The position numbers were made by a program, and so were the translations under genes. From Candidatus Omnitrophota bacterium (GTDB taxonomy: Bacteria; Omnitrophota; Gorgyraeia; Gygaellales; Gygaellaceae): DNA of 64,000 nt. The stretch is taken from positions 5,022 through 69,021 of the forward strand of contig JAGYNB010000003.1 in the NCBI GenBank assembly GCA_018400015.1. The letters are read 5' to 3'. Each line of letters opens with the position of its first letter. Positions within the stretch are counted from its first letter, which is position 1. Shown here piece by piece: positions 43,233 to 53,605 of the stretch. The notes beneath the pieces were generated by a model. That model made no database searches. It was given only the letters and a program-made list of their open reading frames with translations, and had not been told where the DNA came from.

Positions 43233-44699
43233 TTACAATGCGCTTAATTGCGCTCTTGCTTTATTCAAAGTCTCCATGTATTCGGTTTCAGGTTTAGAAT
43301 CCGCCACTATCCCTGCTCCAGATTGAATATATGCATAACCGTTTTTAATCAAAATCGAACGAATAGTTATACATGTATCAAGATTACCGGAAAAACTAAA
43401 ATAACCGACGCACCCGGCATATATCGAACGTTTTAAATTTTCCAATTCATCAATAATCTGCATAGCCCTTACCTTTGGTGCACCGCTTACCGTTCCTGCA
43501 GGAAAACAACTTACCAAACAATCAAAAATCGACTTTCTCTTGTCAAGAATACCTGTAACGTCGCTAACAATATGCATAACATGGGAATAACGTTCAATCG
43601 CCATGAATTCTTTTAATTTTATTGTCCCTTTTTTACAAACCCTGCCTAAATCATTACGCCCCAAATCAACCAGCATTATGTGCTCTGCTTTTTCCTTTTT
43701 GTCATTTAACAAAGACTTCTCAAACGACAAATCTTCTTTAACACTTTTACCTCTTGGTCTTGTACCGGCAATCGGACGAGTCTCAACAACTGAATCCTCG
43801 CAACGCACCAACAGCTCTGGAGAAGAACCCATCAGATTAACATCATCCAGTTTTAAATAAAACATATATGGCGAAGGATTAATCGAACGAAGATTCCTAT
43901 AGATATCAAAAGAGGGACGGTTGATCTTAACCTTAAACCGCTGTGACAAAACAACCTGAATTATATCACCTTTTTTAATATATTCCTTTGCTTTTTTTAC
44001 CATTTGCATAAACTTTTGTCTTGTCATACTAAAGACAACCTTATGCTTATTAGCAGGCTTTTTACTTTTGTTAATCTTTAAAGGCTTGTTTAAAAGTTGA
44101 TTTATCTGGCTGATTTTGAATAAGGCCTGCTTATAAAGCCTTTTTTTCTCAATCAAGCTTAAATTGGCACTTTTTAAGTACACATTAGAAACAATCTTGA
44201 TCTTGTGTCTGGTATGGTCAAACAATAAAATCGTATCGGTAAACATAAAAACAGAATCAGGAATCTTTAAATCATCGTTATTTTTATCCGGAATAGCTTC
44301 AAAGAAGCGCACCATATCATAAGACATGAAACCAACCAAACCCCCGCAAAAACGCGGCAGGCCCTTAATTTGCACAAATTTAAATCTTGCCAAAAAACTC
44401 TTAATTTCTTCAAGCGGACTGGATTTTGTAATAATTGTACTCTTTTTTCCGTGATCGATAATCGTAAGTTTTTTTCCTTTTGATATAAAAACTACTGCCG
44501 GATTAGCGCCTAGAAAAGAAAACCGAGCAATCTTCTCCTGTCCTTCAATTGACTCTAACAAATATGAAAATTTACAATTGCTAATTTTCATATAGGCCGA
44601 TACTGGAGTCTCCAAATCGGCAACAATCTCTTCGTAAACAGGAATCAGATTTCCTCTTTTTGAATACTTCAAAAACTCTTTTTCGCTTGGATAAATCAT
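43233..44699 (-). CDS. trpE: anthranilate synthase component I
   Basis: LLES, NPSPYM, PIAGTRPRG, AEHIMLVDLGRND, GTVSGAPK. Confidence 0.93.
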   Translation of the reverse strand: MIYPSEKEFLKYSKRGNLIPVYEEIVADLETPVSAYMKISNCKFSYLLESIEGQEKIARFSFLGANPAVVFISKGKKLTIIDHGKKSTIITKSSPLEEIKSFLARFKFVQIKGLPRFCGGLVGFMSYDMVRFFEAIPDKNNDDLKIPDSVFMFTDTILLFDHTRHKIKIVSNVYLKSANLSLIEKKRLYKQALFKISQINQLLNKPLKINKSKKPANKHKVVFSMTRQKFMQMVKKAKEYIKKGDIIQVVLSQRFKVKINRPSFDIYRNLRSINPSPYMFYLKLDDVNLMGSSPELLVRCEDSVVETRPIAGTRPRGKSVKEDLSFEKSLLNDKKEKAEHIMLVDLGRNDLGRVCKKGTIKLKEFMAIERYSHVMHIVSDVTGILDKRKSIFDCLVSCFPAGTVSGAPKVRAMQIIDELENLKRSIYAGCVGYFSFSGNLDTCITIRSILIKNGYAYIQSGAGIVADSKPETEYMETLNKARAQLSAL

Positions 44700-45044
44700 T
44701 TATTTTTTCTTGGATTTCTTTTTTAACGGTATTTCCCTAAAAAAACAACTTCTTTTTCCCGTGTGACACGCCTTACCTACCTGCCTGACCTTTATAAGTA
44801 ACGTATCTGCATCACAATCGTAAAAGATCTTTTTTATGTACTGGAAATGACCTGATGTCATCCCTTTAACCCAATATTCTTTCCTGGAACGTGACCAAAA
44901 ACAGGTTTTGCCTAATTTTAAAGTCTTTGAAATCGAAGCCTTGTTCATATAAGCCAGCATAAGCACCTGGCCGTTTTTATAATCCTGAACGATTGCGGGA
45001 ATCAGACCTTTATCATCAAACTTAAACTTCGGTAATCTTGCCAT
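44700..45044 (-). CDS. hisI: phosphoribosyl-AMP cyclohydrolase
   Basis: [20 protein letters not shown]. Confidence 0.95.
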   Translation of the reverse strand: MARLPKFKFDDKGLIPAIVQDYKNGQVLMLAYMNKASISKTLKLGKTCFWSRSRKEYWVKGMTSGHFQYIKKIFYDCDADTLLIKVRQVGKACHTGKRSCFFREIPLKKKSKKK

Positions 45045-45062
45045 ATTCTCGATTCTCCTTGG

Positions 45063-45824
45063 TTAAACTCTAACGTTTATTTTTTTTCTTTTTAAATAAT
45101 TTTTTATTCTGCCAACTTTCAATTCTCGGTAGTGAAACAAACTCGCGGCTAAAGCAGCAGAAACGCGGGATTTTTTAAATACATTATAAAAATCTTCTGT
45201 CCTTCCTGCCCCGCCAGAAGCGATAACGGGGATTTTAACTGAGTTTACTACTTTCTTTGTCAAATCAATATCAAATCCATCCTTAGTACCGTCTCTATCC
45301 ATGCTCGTAAGAAGTATTTCACCAGCCCCTAGGCTTTCAACTTTCTTCGCCCATTTAATTACATCTTTAAACGTGTTAATTCTGCCGCCATTTATAAAGA
45401 CATTCCATTTGTCTTTATTTGCTATTCGTTTAGCGTCAATTGCAACCACAATACACTGACTGCCAAAACGCTTTGCAGCCTGCTTTATCAAGATAGGAGT
45501 TTTTACAGCTGCGGTATTGATAGAAACCTTATCTGCGCCAGCATTTAAAAGATTCCTAATATCATTAATATTACGCACGCCACCGCCGACTGTAAGCGGC
45601 ATAAATATCTGCGAAGCAGTTCGTCTTACCACTTCGAGAATGATATTTCTTTTTTCAAAACTAGCGGTAATATCTAAAAAGACTAACTCGTCCGCACCCT
45701 CACGGTCATAAAATGCTGCATTCTCAACCGGATCACCGGCATCTTTAAGGTTTATAAAATTCACCCCTTTAACCACACGGCCGTTTTTTACATCAAGACA
45801 AGGAATTATTCTTTTCGTTAACAT
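45063..45824 (-). CDS. hisF: imidazole glycerol phosphate synthase, cyclase subunit
   Basis: [25 protein letters not shown]. Confidence 0.97.
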   Translation of the reverse strand: MLTKRIIPCLDVKNGRVVKGVNFINLKDAGDPVENAAFYDREGADELVFLDITASFEKRNIILEVVRRTASQIFMPLTVGGGVRNINDIRNLLNAGADKVSINTAAVKTPILIKQAAKRFGSQCIVVAIDAKRIANKDKWNVFINGGRINTFKDVIKWAKKVESLGAGEILLTSMDRDGTKDGFDIDLTKKVVNSVKIPVIASGGAGRTEDFYNVFKKSRVSAALAASLFHYRELKVGRIKNYLKRKKINVRV

Positions 45825-46539
45825 TTTTTGTAATATTTATTGCTTCGTACAGCTTAAATTTTCCCTCATAAAGAGCCTTGCCGATAATAACTCCATAAGG
45901 AGCTTCTGGTTTAAGATTATTAAGTTTTTTAATATCTTCCAATGAACCTATACCGCCTGCGACAATCAAAGAGATTTCTCCTTGTTCTAAGATTGATTTG
46001 ATCATTTCGGTATTCGGTCCCTGCATAGTTCCGTCGCGGCTGATATCGGTAAAGATAACCGATTTTAACCCAAGATTCTTCAATTGAATTATCCTGTCTA
46101 AACCTGATGCCACAGTTGGCTTAACCCATCCATCGGTAAAAACCTTGTCTCTTATTGTATCAACGCTTACTAGGATCTTATCTTTAAATTCACTCACAAC
46201 TGACTTCAAAAATTCGAAATCCAAGGCCTTTGTACCGATAATCACCTTGGAAACGCCGCTTGAAAGGATATTTATGATCGTAGCTCTATCTCTAACACCA
46301 CCACCGAATTGAACGGGAATATCGATATTCAAACAGATATTACGCACAATATCAAGATTTTTAGGAACTCCGCCAATAGCACCATCAAGATCAACAATAT
46401 GCAATAATTGCGCACCTTGACTCTTCCAAACTTGAGCTGTTTTTAAAGGCTCTGACGAATAAATAGTTTCATCAAACCTACCTTGAGTAAGACGTACTAC
46501 TTTTGAGTTTTTTAAATCTATTGCCGGTATAGCTAACAT
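45793..46539 (-). CDS. hisA: ProFAR isomerase
   Basis: [25 protein letters not shown]. Confidence 0.95.
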   Translation of the reverse strand: MLAIPAIDLKNSKVVRLTQGRFDETIYSSEPLKTAQVWKSQGAQLLHIVDLDGAIGGVPKNLDIVRNICLNIDIPVQFGGGVRDRATIINILSSGVSKVIIGTKALDFEFLKSVVSEFKDKILVSVDTIRDKVFTDGWVKPTVASGLDRIIQLKNLGLKSVIFTDISRDGTMQGPNTEMIKSILEQGEISLIVAGGIGSLEDIKKLNNLKPEAPYGVIIGKALYEGKFKLYEAINITKNVNEKNNSLS

Positions 46540-47153
46540 AATTCAATAAAATTTTTGATAATTCTTAATCCGATCTTCTGGCTTTTCTCCGGATGAAACT
46601 GCACACCATAAATATTCCCCGCACAAACTGCACTTACAAAGTTATCTGCATAAATAGTATTGCTGAGAATATATTTTTTTTCAACATCTGCGACGCAATA
46701 AGAATGGCAAAAATAAACAAAACTTTTATTCTTAACATTGCTAAATAACTTTGCGGCATTTCTATTTTTCTTATTTAGCACAATCTCGTTCCATCCCATA
46801 TGCGGAACCTTTAAATCCTTATTTGCCTTAAAACGACTTACTTTGCCCTTAAGCAAAGCCAATCCTTTTAAACTGTTTGACTCTTCGCTTTTTTCAAACA
46901 ATAACTGCATACCCAGACAAATCCCCAAATACGGCTTTCCTGACTGAATAAACTTTTTTATTGGCTTGATTAAACCTAATTTTCTAAGCTTGTTAACCGC
47001 ATCTCCAAAGGCGCCTACGCCAGGCAAAATTAACTTTTCAGCTTGCAAAATATCCGTAGCGCAAGAACTTATCTTGACGTTATCCGCAAACCTCTTAAGT
47101 GCTTTGCTAACGCTGTTTAAATTACCGCTTGCATAATCAACTACTACTATCAT
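46533..47153 (-). CDS. hisH: imidazole glycerol phosphate synthase, glutaminase subunit
   Basis: LPGVG, GICLGMQ, PHMGWN, QFHPEKS. Confidence 0.96.
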   Translation of the reverse strand: MIVVVDYASGNLNSVSKALKRFADNVKISSCATDILQAEKLILPGVGAFGDAVNKLRKLGLIKPIKKFIQSGKPYLGICLGMQLLFEKSEESNSLKGLALLKGKVSRFKANKDLKVPHMGWNEIVLNKKNRNAAKLFSNVKNKSFVYFCHSYCVADVEKKYILSNTIYADNFVSAVCAGNIYGVQFHPEKSQKIGLRIIKNFIELC

Positions 47154-47782
47154 TAATCTATCAGTCCCTTGGTTGACGGAACACCTTTTCTTCTTTTATC
47201 AACTTGTGTTGCCTCATCCATGGCTTTACCTAAAGCCTTAAAGACCGGCTCCAACACAGTATGCAAATCATCGTTCTTGCCGGTTATCTTTAATGCCAGG
47301 TTTATACCCAACTTTTTTGTAAACCCTTCAAAGAAATGATTTGCATATTCTAATGAATAACCGCGAATATCTCTTATATGCGTGGCTTTTGAATTTACAA
47401 ACTCAATTGCCCTAAAATGACTCCTGCCGCTAATATCCACCACTACCGTTGCAACAATATCCTCCATAGGCACAATCGAATATGCGCTTCTTTTCAATCC
47501 TGACATCTTACCTAAGGCTTTTTTAAAAGCCTCGCCCAAAACAATACCAATATCTTCGTTGGTATGATGTATATCGATTTTCTTTGCATCGCCTTTTGCT
47601 TTTATATTAAGGTCAAAAAAACCCCAAAACGCAAAAAGTTCAAGCATATGATCAAGTAAACCAATACCGGTATCGATATTTGTCTTACCGTGGCCGTCGA
47701 CATTAAGACTCACTGTAATATTAGTTTCTTTTGTTTTCCTACTGCAGACCACTGCTCTTTTCTTAGAATTCTTTGCTTTCAT
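47153..47782 (-). CDS. hisB: imidazoleglycerol-phosphate dehydratase with a degenerate second metal motif
   Basis: RKTKET, DHML, HHTNED, SGR, FKALG, PSTKG; his operon position. Confidence 0.88.
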   Translation of the reverse strand: MKAKNSKKRAVVCSRKTKETNITVSLNVDGHGKTNIDTGIGLLDHMLELFAFWGFFDLNIKAKGDAKKIDIHHTNEDIGIVLGEAFKKALGKMSGLKRSAYSIVPMEDIVATVVVDISGRSHFRAIEFVNSKATHIRDIRGYSLEYANHFFEGFTKKLGINLALKITGKNDDLHTVLEPVFKALGKAMDEATQVDKRRKGVPSTKGLID

Positions 47783-47796
47783 TAGTCTTCCTTTTT

Positions 47797-49017
47797 TTAA
47801 AACCTTATTTTTACTGATTCCAAATGCTTGACCAATCCTTCTAAATTAGCAACCGTTTCTAAAGGTTTTTTACACTTATCCAACGCCTTTTTAGAATAGG
47901 AAACCACATGTGTAGATTTCATAAAATCATCCAATGTAAGACCAGAAAAGAACCTAGCCGTTCCCATTGTCGGAAGAATATGGCTTGGCCCAGCAACATA
48001 ATCTCCTATAGCAACCGGAGAATATTGCCCTAGAAATACCGCTCCCGCATTTTTAACATTTTTTAAAAGTGCTCTCGGATTATTTACCATGATTTCTAAG
48101 TGCTCAGCAGCTATATCATTGGCTAAATCCACCGCTTCTTTTAAGTTCTTAACCGTAACGATGAAGCTATTTTTTACCTCTTCTTGAGCCAAAACTCTAG
48201 CCAACTTCTTACAGGTTGTAATAACAATGGCCAGCCCCTGTAAGTGTTCAGTTTGCGCTTTTACATCTGCTTTAATAAAATCAGGGTTAGAGAATTTATT
48301 GGCAATTATTACCAGCTCTGTTGGCCCTGCAAGCATATCGATATCGGCAAATCCAAACACCTGTCTTTTTGCCTCAGTAACATAGATATTGCCAGGTCCG
48401 ATAATTTTATCCACTCTAGGAATTGACTTTGTACCGAAGGCCATCGCCGCTATTGCCTGAGCTCCGCCTATTTTATAAATTTCAGTAACCTTAAGCAGAT
48501 TAGCCACAGCTAAAATATAAGGATTTATTGTTTTAGACTTATTCGGCGGACTCATCAAGACTACTCTACGCACACCTGCAAGCTTTGCCGGTAAAACACT
48601 CATATAGACACTTGAGATTAAAGGCGCTGTGCCAGAAGGAATATAAATACCCACGCTATCAAGAGGTTTTTTATATTCACCCAAAAGAATACCTTCTTCG
48701 TCCTTGATTCTCCAAACCTTCTTGGATTGACGCTTGTAGAATCTCGTAACATTATCAAAGATTATCTTAAGTTGAGATACAAATTCCGGCTTGATCTCCT
48801 GAAAGGCCGAACTAATCTCGCCTTGGGATACTTTAATATCGCGCACGTTCAATTTTACTTTATCAAACTTCCGAGTATATTTAATCAATGCTTCATCGCC
48901 AGATAACCTGACATCATCCAAAATCTTTGAAACTTTTTTTACAATATTCTTGTTTGAACTAAAAGACCTGTTTATGATTTTTTTTAGCTTTGAAGAATCC
49001 TTACGAAATATTTTCAT
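47797..49017 (-). CDS. hisD: histidinol dehydrogenase
   Basis: GGAQAIAA, GPGNIYV, QTEH, AEHL, GDYVAGPSHILPT. Confidence 0.96.
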   Translation of the reverse strand: MKIFRKDSSKLKKIINRSFSSNKNIVKKVSKILDDVRLSGDEALIKYTRKFDKVKLNVRDIKVSQGEISSAFQEIKPEFVSQLKIIFDNVTRFYKRQSKKVWRIKDEEGILLGEYKKPLDSVGIYIPSGTAPLISSVYMSVLPAKLAGVRRVVLMSPPNKSKTINPYILAVANLLKVTEIYKIGGAQAIAAMAFGTKSIPRVDKIIGPGNIYVTEAKRQVFGFADIDMLAGPTELVIIANKFSNPDFIKADVKAQTEHLQGLAIVITTCKKLARVLAQEEVKNSFIVTVKNLKEAVDLANDIAAEHLEIMVNNPRALLKNVKNAGAVFLGQYSPVAIGDYVAGPSHILPTMGTARFFSGLTLDDFMKSTHVVSYSKKALDKCKKPLETVANLEGLVKHLESVKIRF

Positions 49018-51604
49018 CGATCAACCTCTTGCTTAATTTAACCGCTTCTTCCATTGCCTCATCTAGCTTTTTTGGTTTATCTCCGCCAGCCTGGGCAAAA
49101 TCAGGCCTTCCTCCGCCTGAACCACCGATAATCGGTGCGATTTGTTTTATTAATAATGGTGCATTAATTCCTTTATCCTGCAACTCTTTAGATACGCCTA
49201 CTACAATATTAACATTATCTTCTAAAATACCGCCTAACACAACTATAAAATTATTCATTATGTTAGATTTATAATAATCGTGGAGCATACGTAAGATGTT
49301 TTTGCTTCCCTTTTCAATATTTTGAACTTTCAAAGTGTAACTTTTATAATTATCTGCTGAAGAGCTCTGTTGAACAATTATTTTTACATACAACTCATCG
49401 AGACGCTTAGTAACATTTTTTATCTTTGTATTTAATAACTTGTACTGCTCATTAAATTCATTCTTTCCAAGGATATCGACAATCTCCTTAGCTAAACTCA
49501 AAGACTCATTCTTGTATTCGTTAGCCTTATCGGCTGTAAGCGCCTCGATTCTTCTAACGCCTTTGGCAATAGAAGATTCTGAAATTATCTTAAAATCCTT
49601 TACATCATGGGTATTATCAAGATGTGTTCCCCCGCAGAGTTCTTTGGAAAAGTCTCCAACCGTAACCATGCGGACTTGCGAATCATATTTTTCAGCAAAA
49701 AACATCAATGCGCCTGACTTTTTCGCTGTGTCAAGTGTAACCACTTCTTTTTTAAGTGCGATTGACTGTTTTATTTTTGCGTTAACCAAAGATTCAATTT
49801 TTCTTATCTCGTCGCCTGAAAGTGCATTAAAATGCGTAAAATCGAACCTTAAACGGTCTGCCTCAACAAAAGAACCGGACTGCTTAATGTGTTCGCCCAA
49901 AACTTCTCTTAAGGCAGCATGTATTAAATGCGTTGCTGTATGCGCACGAGTTACCGCGCTTCTGAATTCATAATCAATCACTGCCGTAACATCTTCCTTA
50001 AGATGAAATTCTCCTTTCATCACCTTACCGATATGCACAATCGCCTTATCTTGTTTTATAACAGCCTCGACTTTAAAAACAGAATCATTGTTTACGATCT
50101 CCCCTTTATCTGAAACCTGTCCTCCTCCTTCGGCATAAAAAGGAGTTTTTTCTAAAACAATGCTTACGGATTCACCTTGTTTAACCGTATCAACCTCAGT
50201 TTTATCCTTGAATATGTGAATTATCTTTGCGGTGTCTCTTTTTAGATCATACCCGATGAATGAACATTTAGTTTTAGAAAAGTCAATTCCACTATCTACA
50301 AAAATGTCTCCGGTCATGGAGCTTTTTTTCTTTGAACTCAGTTTCTGGTTCTCTAAAAACTTATTAAAACAACCGATATCGATATTTTTGTTATTTTTCT
50401 TCGTCCATTCAAGCGTAATCTCCAAAGGGATCCCATAGGTGTCATATAGTGTAAAAGCCGCAAGGCCCGTATCTTTGCAAGAATCGAACTGCTGTTTTAT
50501 TATCTTATCAGAACAATTAATCAATTTGATAAAATCCTTTTCTTCTGATAAAACAATGGAAGCAATTTCAGAATGTCTATTTTCAAGCTCAGGATAGGGC
50601 TTTTTCATTACACTTGCCACTATTGGAACAAGCCGATATAAAAACTCTTCCTTTATGTCTAAATTTTTCAATGCCATTACGGATTTACGGATAAGTTTTC
50701 TTACTATATAACCCCTATTCTCGTTTGATGGCATTACAGAATCATTTATCGCAAATACAACAGCTCTGATATGATCAGCGATTATATTTAAAGACTGTGT
50801 ATCGTGCGCTAAATCTTTACCGATATGTTTTCTAATTTCATCAATTATTGGCTTAAATATATCAATTTCAAAATTCGTACGCACATTTTGCATAACCGAT
50901 GCCATGCGTTCTAAACCCATACCGGTGTCTATATTTTTATTCTTTAAAGGCTCTAATTGTTCTAGCCCCGTACGATTGTACTGAGTAAATACAAGATTCC
51001 AAATCTCTACGAATCTTCCACAATCACACGCCGGCGAACAATCCATCTTTTTACAACCGGAATCTTTACCGTTATCGAAAAATATCTCTGAACAAGGTCC
51101 GCATGGTCCGTTTGGCCCAAGCTTTGGCGCGTCTGCGGGCCAGAAATTTTTATCTGCTGCCAACTTTACGATCCGTTCCTTTTTCAAACCAACGGTATCT
51201 ATCCATATTCTATACGCCTCTTCGTCATCCTCAAACACAGAAACCCACAATTTATCTTTAGCTATATTCAATTTCTCGGTAACAAATTCCCACGCCCATT
51301 GAATTGCCTCTTGCTTAAAATAATCACCAAAAGAGAAATTCCCGAGCATTTCAAAAAAAGTATGGTGAAAATCTGTCTTTCCGATTTTATCAAGGTCATC
51401 TGTCCTAAGGCATTTCTGACAGCTTGTAGCCCGGCTAAAATCATCAACCTGCCCCATAAACTCTTTTTTAAACTGATTCATACCAGCACAGGTGAATAAA
51501 AGCGTAGGATCATCCCTTGGCACAAGACGATCGCTCTCAACGACCTTGTGTTTTTTTTCCTTAAAAAATAGCAAAAACTTGTCTCTTAATTCGTCTGTTT
51601 TCAT
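49001..51604 (-). CDS. alaS: alanine--tRNA ligase
   Basis: HHTFFEMLGNFSFGDYFK, DTGMGLER, HTATH, ELCGGTH, GGGRPDFAQAGG. Confidence 0.98.
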   Translation of the reverse strand: MKTDELRDKFLLFFKEKKHKVVESDRLVPRDDPTLLFTCAGMNQFKKEFMGQVDDFSRATSCQKCLRTDDLDKIGKTDFHHTFFEMLGNFSFGDYFKQEAIQWAWEFVTEKLNIAKDKLWVSVFEDDEEAYRIWIDTVGLKKERIVKLAADKNFWPADAPKLGPNGPCGPCSEIFFDNGKDSGCKKMDCSPACDCGRFVEIWNLVFTQYNRTGLEQLEPLKNKNIDTGMGLERMASVMQNVRTNFEIDIFKPIIDEIRKHIGKDLAHDTQSLNIIADHIRAVVFAINDSVMPSNENRGYIVRKLIRKSVMALKNLDIKEEFLYRLVPIVASVMKKPYPELENRHSEIASIVLSEEKDFIKLINCSDKIIKQQFDSCKDTGLAAFTLYDTYGIPLEITLEWTKKNNKNIDIGCFNKFLENQKLSSKKKSSMTGDIFVDSGIDFSKTKCSFIGYDLKRDTAKIIHIFKDKTEVDTVKQGESVSIVLEKTPFYAEGGGQVSDKGEIVNNDSVFKVEAVIKQDKAIVHIGKVMKGEFHLKEDVTAVIDYEFRSAVTRAHTATHLIHAALREVLGEHIKQSGSFVEADRLRFDFTHFNALSGDEIRKIESLVNAKIKQSIALKKEVVTLDTAKKSGALMFFAEKYDSQVRMVTVGDFSKELCGGTHLDNTHDVKDFKIISESSIAKGVRRIEALTADKANEYKNESLSLAKEIVDILGKNEFNEQYKLLNTKIKNVTKRLDELYVKIIVQQSSSADNYKSYTLKVQNIEKGSKNILRMLHDYYKSNIMNNFIVVLGGILEDNVNIVVGVSKELQDKGINAPLLIKQIAPIIGGSGGGRPDFAQAGGDKPKKLDEAMEEAVKLSKRLIDENIS

Positions 51605-52074
51605 AACTGGTTTACAACCTGCTGAATATCCTGGGGATAATAACCGCGGCGTGAAAGATAACCATACAGCCTTCTTTTTGCCTTGATGGGATCCCTACAT
51701 GATTTTAGTATCTTCTCAAACTTACTCCTGGCAAGATTCTGAATTACTTCTTCATCTTTATATCGATTACCAACTTCATCCAAGAATTTGCCAATCGTTT
51801 GTTTATCTATACCCTTTCTTCTTAACTCATAAACTATTCTTTTAGTTCCGAAATTATTTTGTTTTCGGTATGATATCCATTCCTTGGTAAATTCTTCATC
51901 GTTTAAAAACTTCTTTTCTTTTAAAAAACCAATTAACGTCTCGATTGTATTGCTTGAGAAGTTTTTCTGTTTTAGTTTTTGTCTTATCTCTTCGCAGCTT
52001 CTTAAGCGATACTTCAAAAGCCTAAAAGCGCTTGCCTTTGCTTTTTCAAAGTCAACATTAGTCTTGCTCTGCAT
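51601..52074 (-). CDS. recX: RecX regulatory protein
   Basis: RLRSCEEIRQKL, FLNDEEF, GTKRIVYELRRKGI, LSRRGY. Confidence 0.88.
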   Translation of the reverse strand: MQSKTNVDFEKAKASAFRLLKYRLRSCEEIRQKLKQKNFSSNTIETLIGFLKEKKFLNDEEFTKEWISYRKQNNFGTKRIVYELRRKGIDKQTIGKFLDEVGNRYKDEEVIQNLARSKFEKILKSCRDPIKAKRRLYGYLSRRGYYPQDIQQVVNQL

Positions 52075-53575
52075 TGACTATCGTGTACCCCTTTGACGTA
52101 TGCACCAAAGCCGAGCTCTTTTTATCTATTGACTTAATAATCTTCTCAAATTCTTTTACATTTGAAATCTTTTTATGCTCTATGGCATAGATTACATCGC
52201 CCTTAGAAAGCAATGCCTCGCTTGCAGACGTATTACGCTCAATGTTTACGATCACAACGCCTTCGGTATCTTTTAAATCATAAAACTTGGCTATCTGAGG
52301 AGTAATATCAGTTACCACAATACCCCTCCAAGAGACAGTTGACTTTTCCTCTTCGGTTTGCGGCTTTCCTTGTAAATCCGTCATATCCGGACGCTCACCT
52401 AAAGTCACCCTTACATTAATAGTTTTCTTGTTTCTAACAACTTTTAAATTAATCTTTTTACCTACTTGTGTTCTTCCTACCTTTCTAATCAAACCTTGGA
52501 TATTATCAACAGCTTCATTCTCGAACTCTATAATTACATCACCTTCTTTAAGACCTGCTTTTCCAGCAGGACTATCCTCTAAAACCTTAGCAACTAATGC
52601 GCCTTTAGTGGAATCTACGCTAAATTTAGCTGCCAAATCATCATCTAGGTTTTGCACTGTAACACCTAACCAACCATACGCGATCTTTTTACCTTCAATT
52701 AAATTAGATATTATCCTTTTTGCCACATTTATAGGAATCGCAAAACCTATGCCCTGATAACCACCGGAAGTGCTAAAAATCGCTGCGTTAATACCTACTA
52801 CTTCTCCTTTTAAATTAACTAAAGGTCCGCCGGAATTACCCGGATTGATTGCAGCATCCGTCTGAATAAGATCCGTATAATCGCTTTCTCTCCTTAAACC
52901 CATGCCAAGAGTTCTATGAAGAGCGCTTACCACACCCACAGTAACAGTTGGCTCTGTGCTATTCAAATACGCTCCGAAAGGATTACCAATAGCCACAACC
53001 CACTGACCGGTTTTTATCTCGTCTGAATCACCAAGTTCAGCAACTGGCAGATTCTTCTCATTTATCTTTATTATTGCCAGATCCGATCTTGGATCAGCAC
53101 CTTTAACCTGCGCTTCCGACTCTCGGCCATCAGACAGACTTACGATTATTTTATCGGCGTTTTTTATTACATGTTCGTTGGTTAAAATATGACCTTCTTC
53201 ATCAATTATAACACCGGAACCTAGACCTTTCTGCTTGAATTCTCTTTCGGGAATTTCACCAAAAAAATCTTCAAAAAACTTCTTCATAAATTCGTCTTCT
53301 CCGAACTGTTCAAAAGGTGAAAGGCCAAAACCAAAACTTCTCGTAGGAATTTTTTCCGTTGCTTCAACGGAAATCGAAACAACTGCTTTGCCTACCCTGC
53401 TAGCAACTCTTTGCACAGCAGTTTCAAAACCATTATCAACAAACACACCAGGCTTATCCGATTGCACAGCCTGAACATTATTGGAAAAATTTGTCCTTGC
53501 TGAGATAACAAAACCTACAGCTACGCCAATTGAAATTATCGCTGCAAAAAATATGCCTTTTTTTATAGTCTTCAT
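52058..53575 (-). CDS. degP: Do/DegQ family periplasmic serine endoprotease (trypsin domain plus two PDZ)
   Basis: LGSGVI, TNEHV, SDLA, QTDAAINPGNSGGPL, PDZ domains. Confidence 0.92.
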   Translation of the reverse strand: MKTIKKGIFFAAIISIGVAVGFVISARTNFSNNVQAVQSDKPGVFVDNGFETAVQRVASRVGKAVVSISVEATEKIPTRSFGFGLSPFEQFGEDEFMKKFFEDFFGEIPEREFKQKGLGSGVIIDEEGHILTNEHVIKNADKIIVSLSDGRESEAQVKGADPRSDLAIIKINEKNLPVAELGDSDEIKTGQWVVAIGNPFGAYLNSTEPTVTVGVVSALHRTLGMGLRRESDYTDLIQTDAAINPGNSGGPLVNLKGEVVGINAAIFSTSGGYQGIGFAIPINVAKRIISNLIEGKKIAYGWLGVTVQNLDDDLAAKFSVDSTKGALVAKVLEDSPAGKAGLKEGDVIIEFENEAVDNIQGLIRKVGRTQVGKKINLKVVRNKKTINVRVTLGERPDMTDLQGKPQTEEEKSTVSWRGIVVTDITPQIAKFYDLKDTEGVVIVNIERNTSASEALLSKGDVIYAIEHKKISNVKEFEKIIKSIDKKSSALVHTSKGYTIVNAEQD

Positions 53576-53605
53576 TGCCCCCTCCTAACAATTATTTGAA
53601 CAAAC

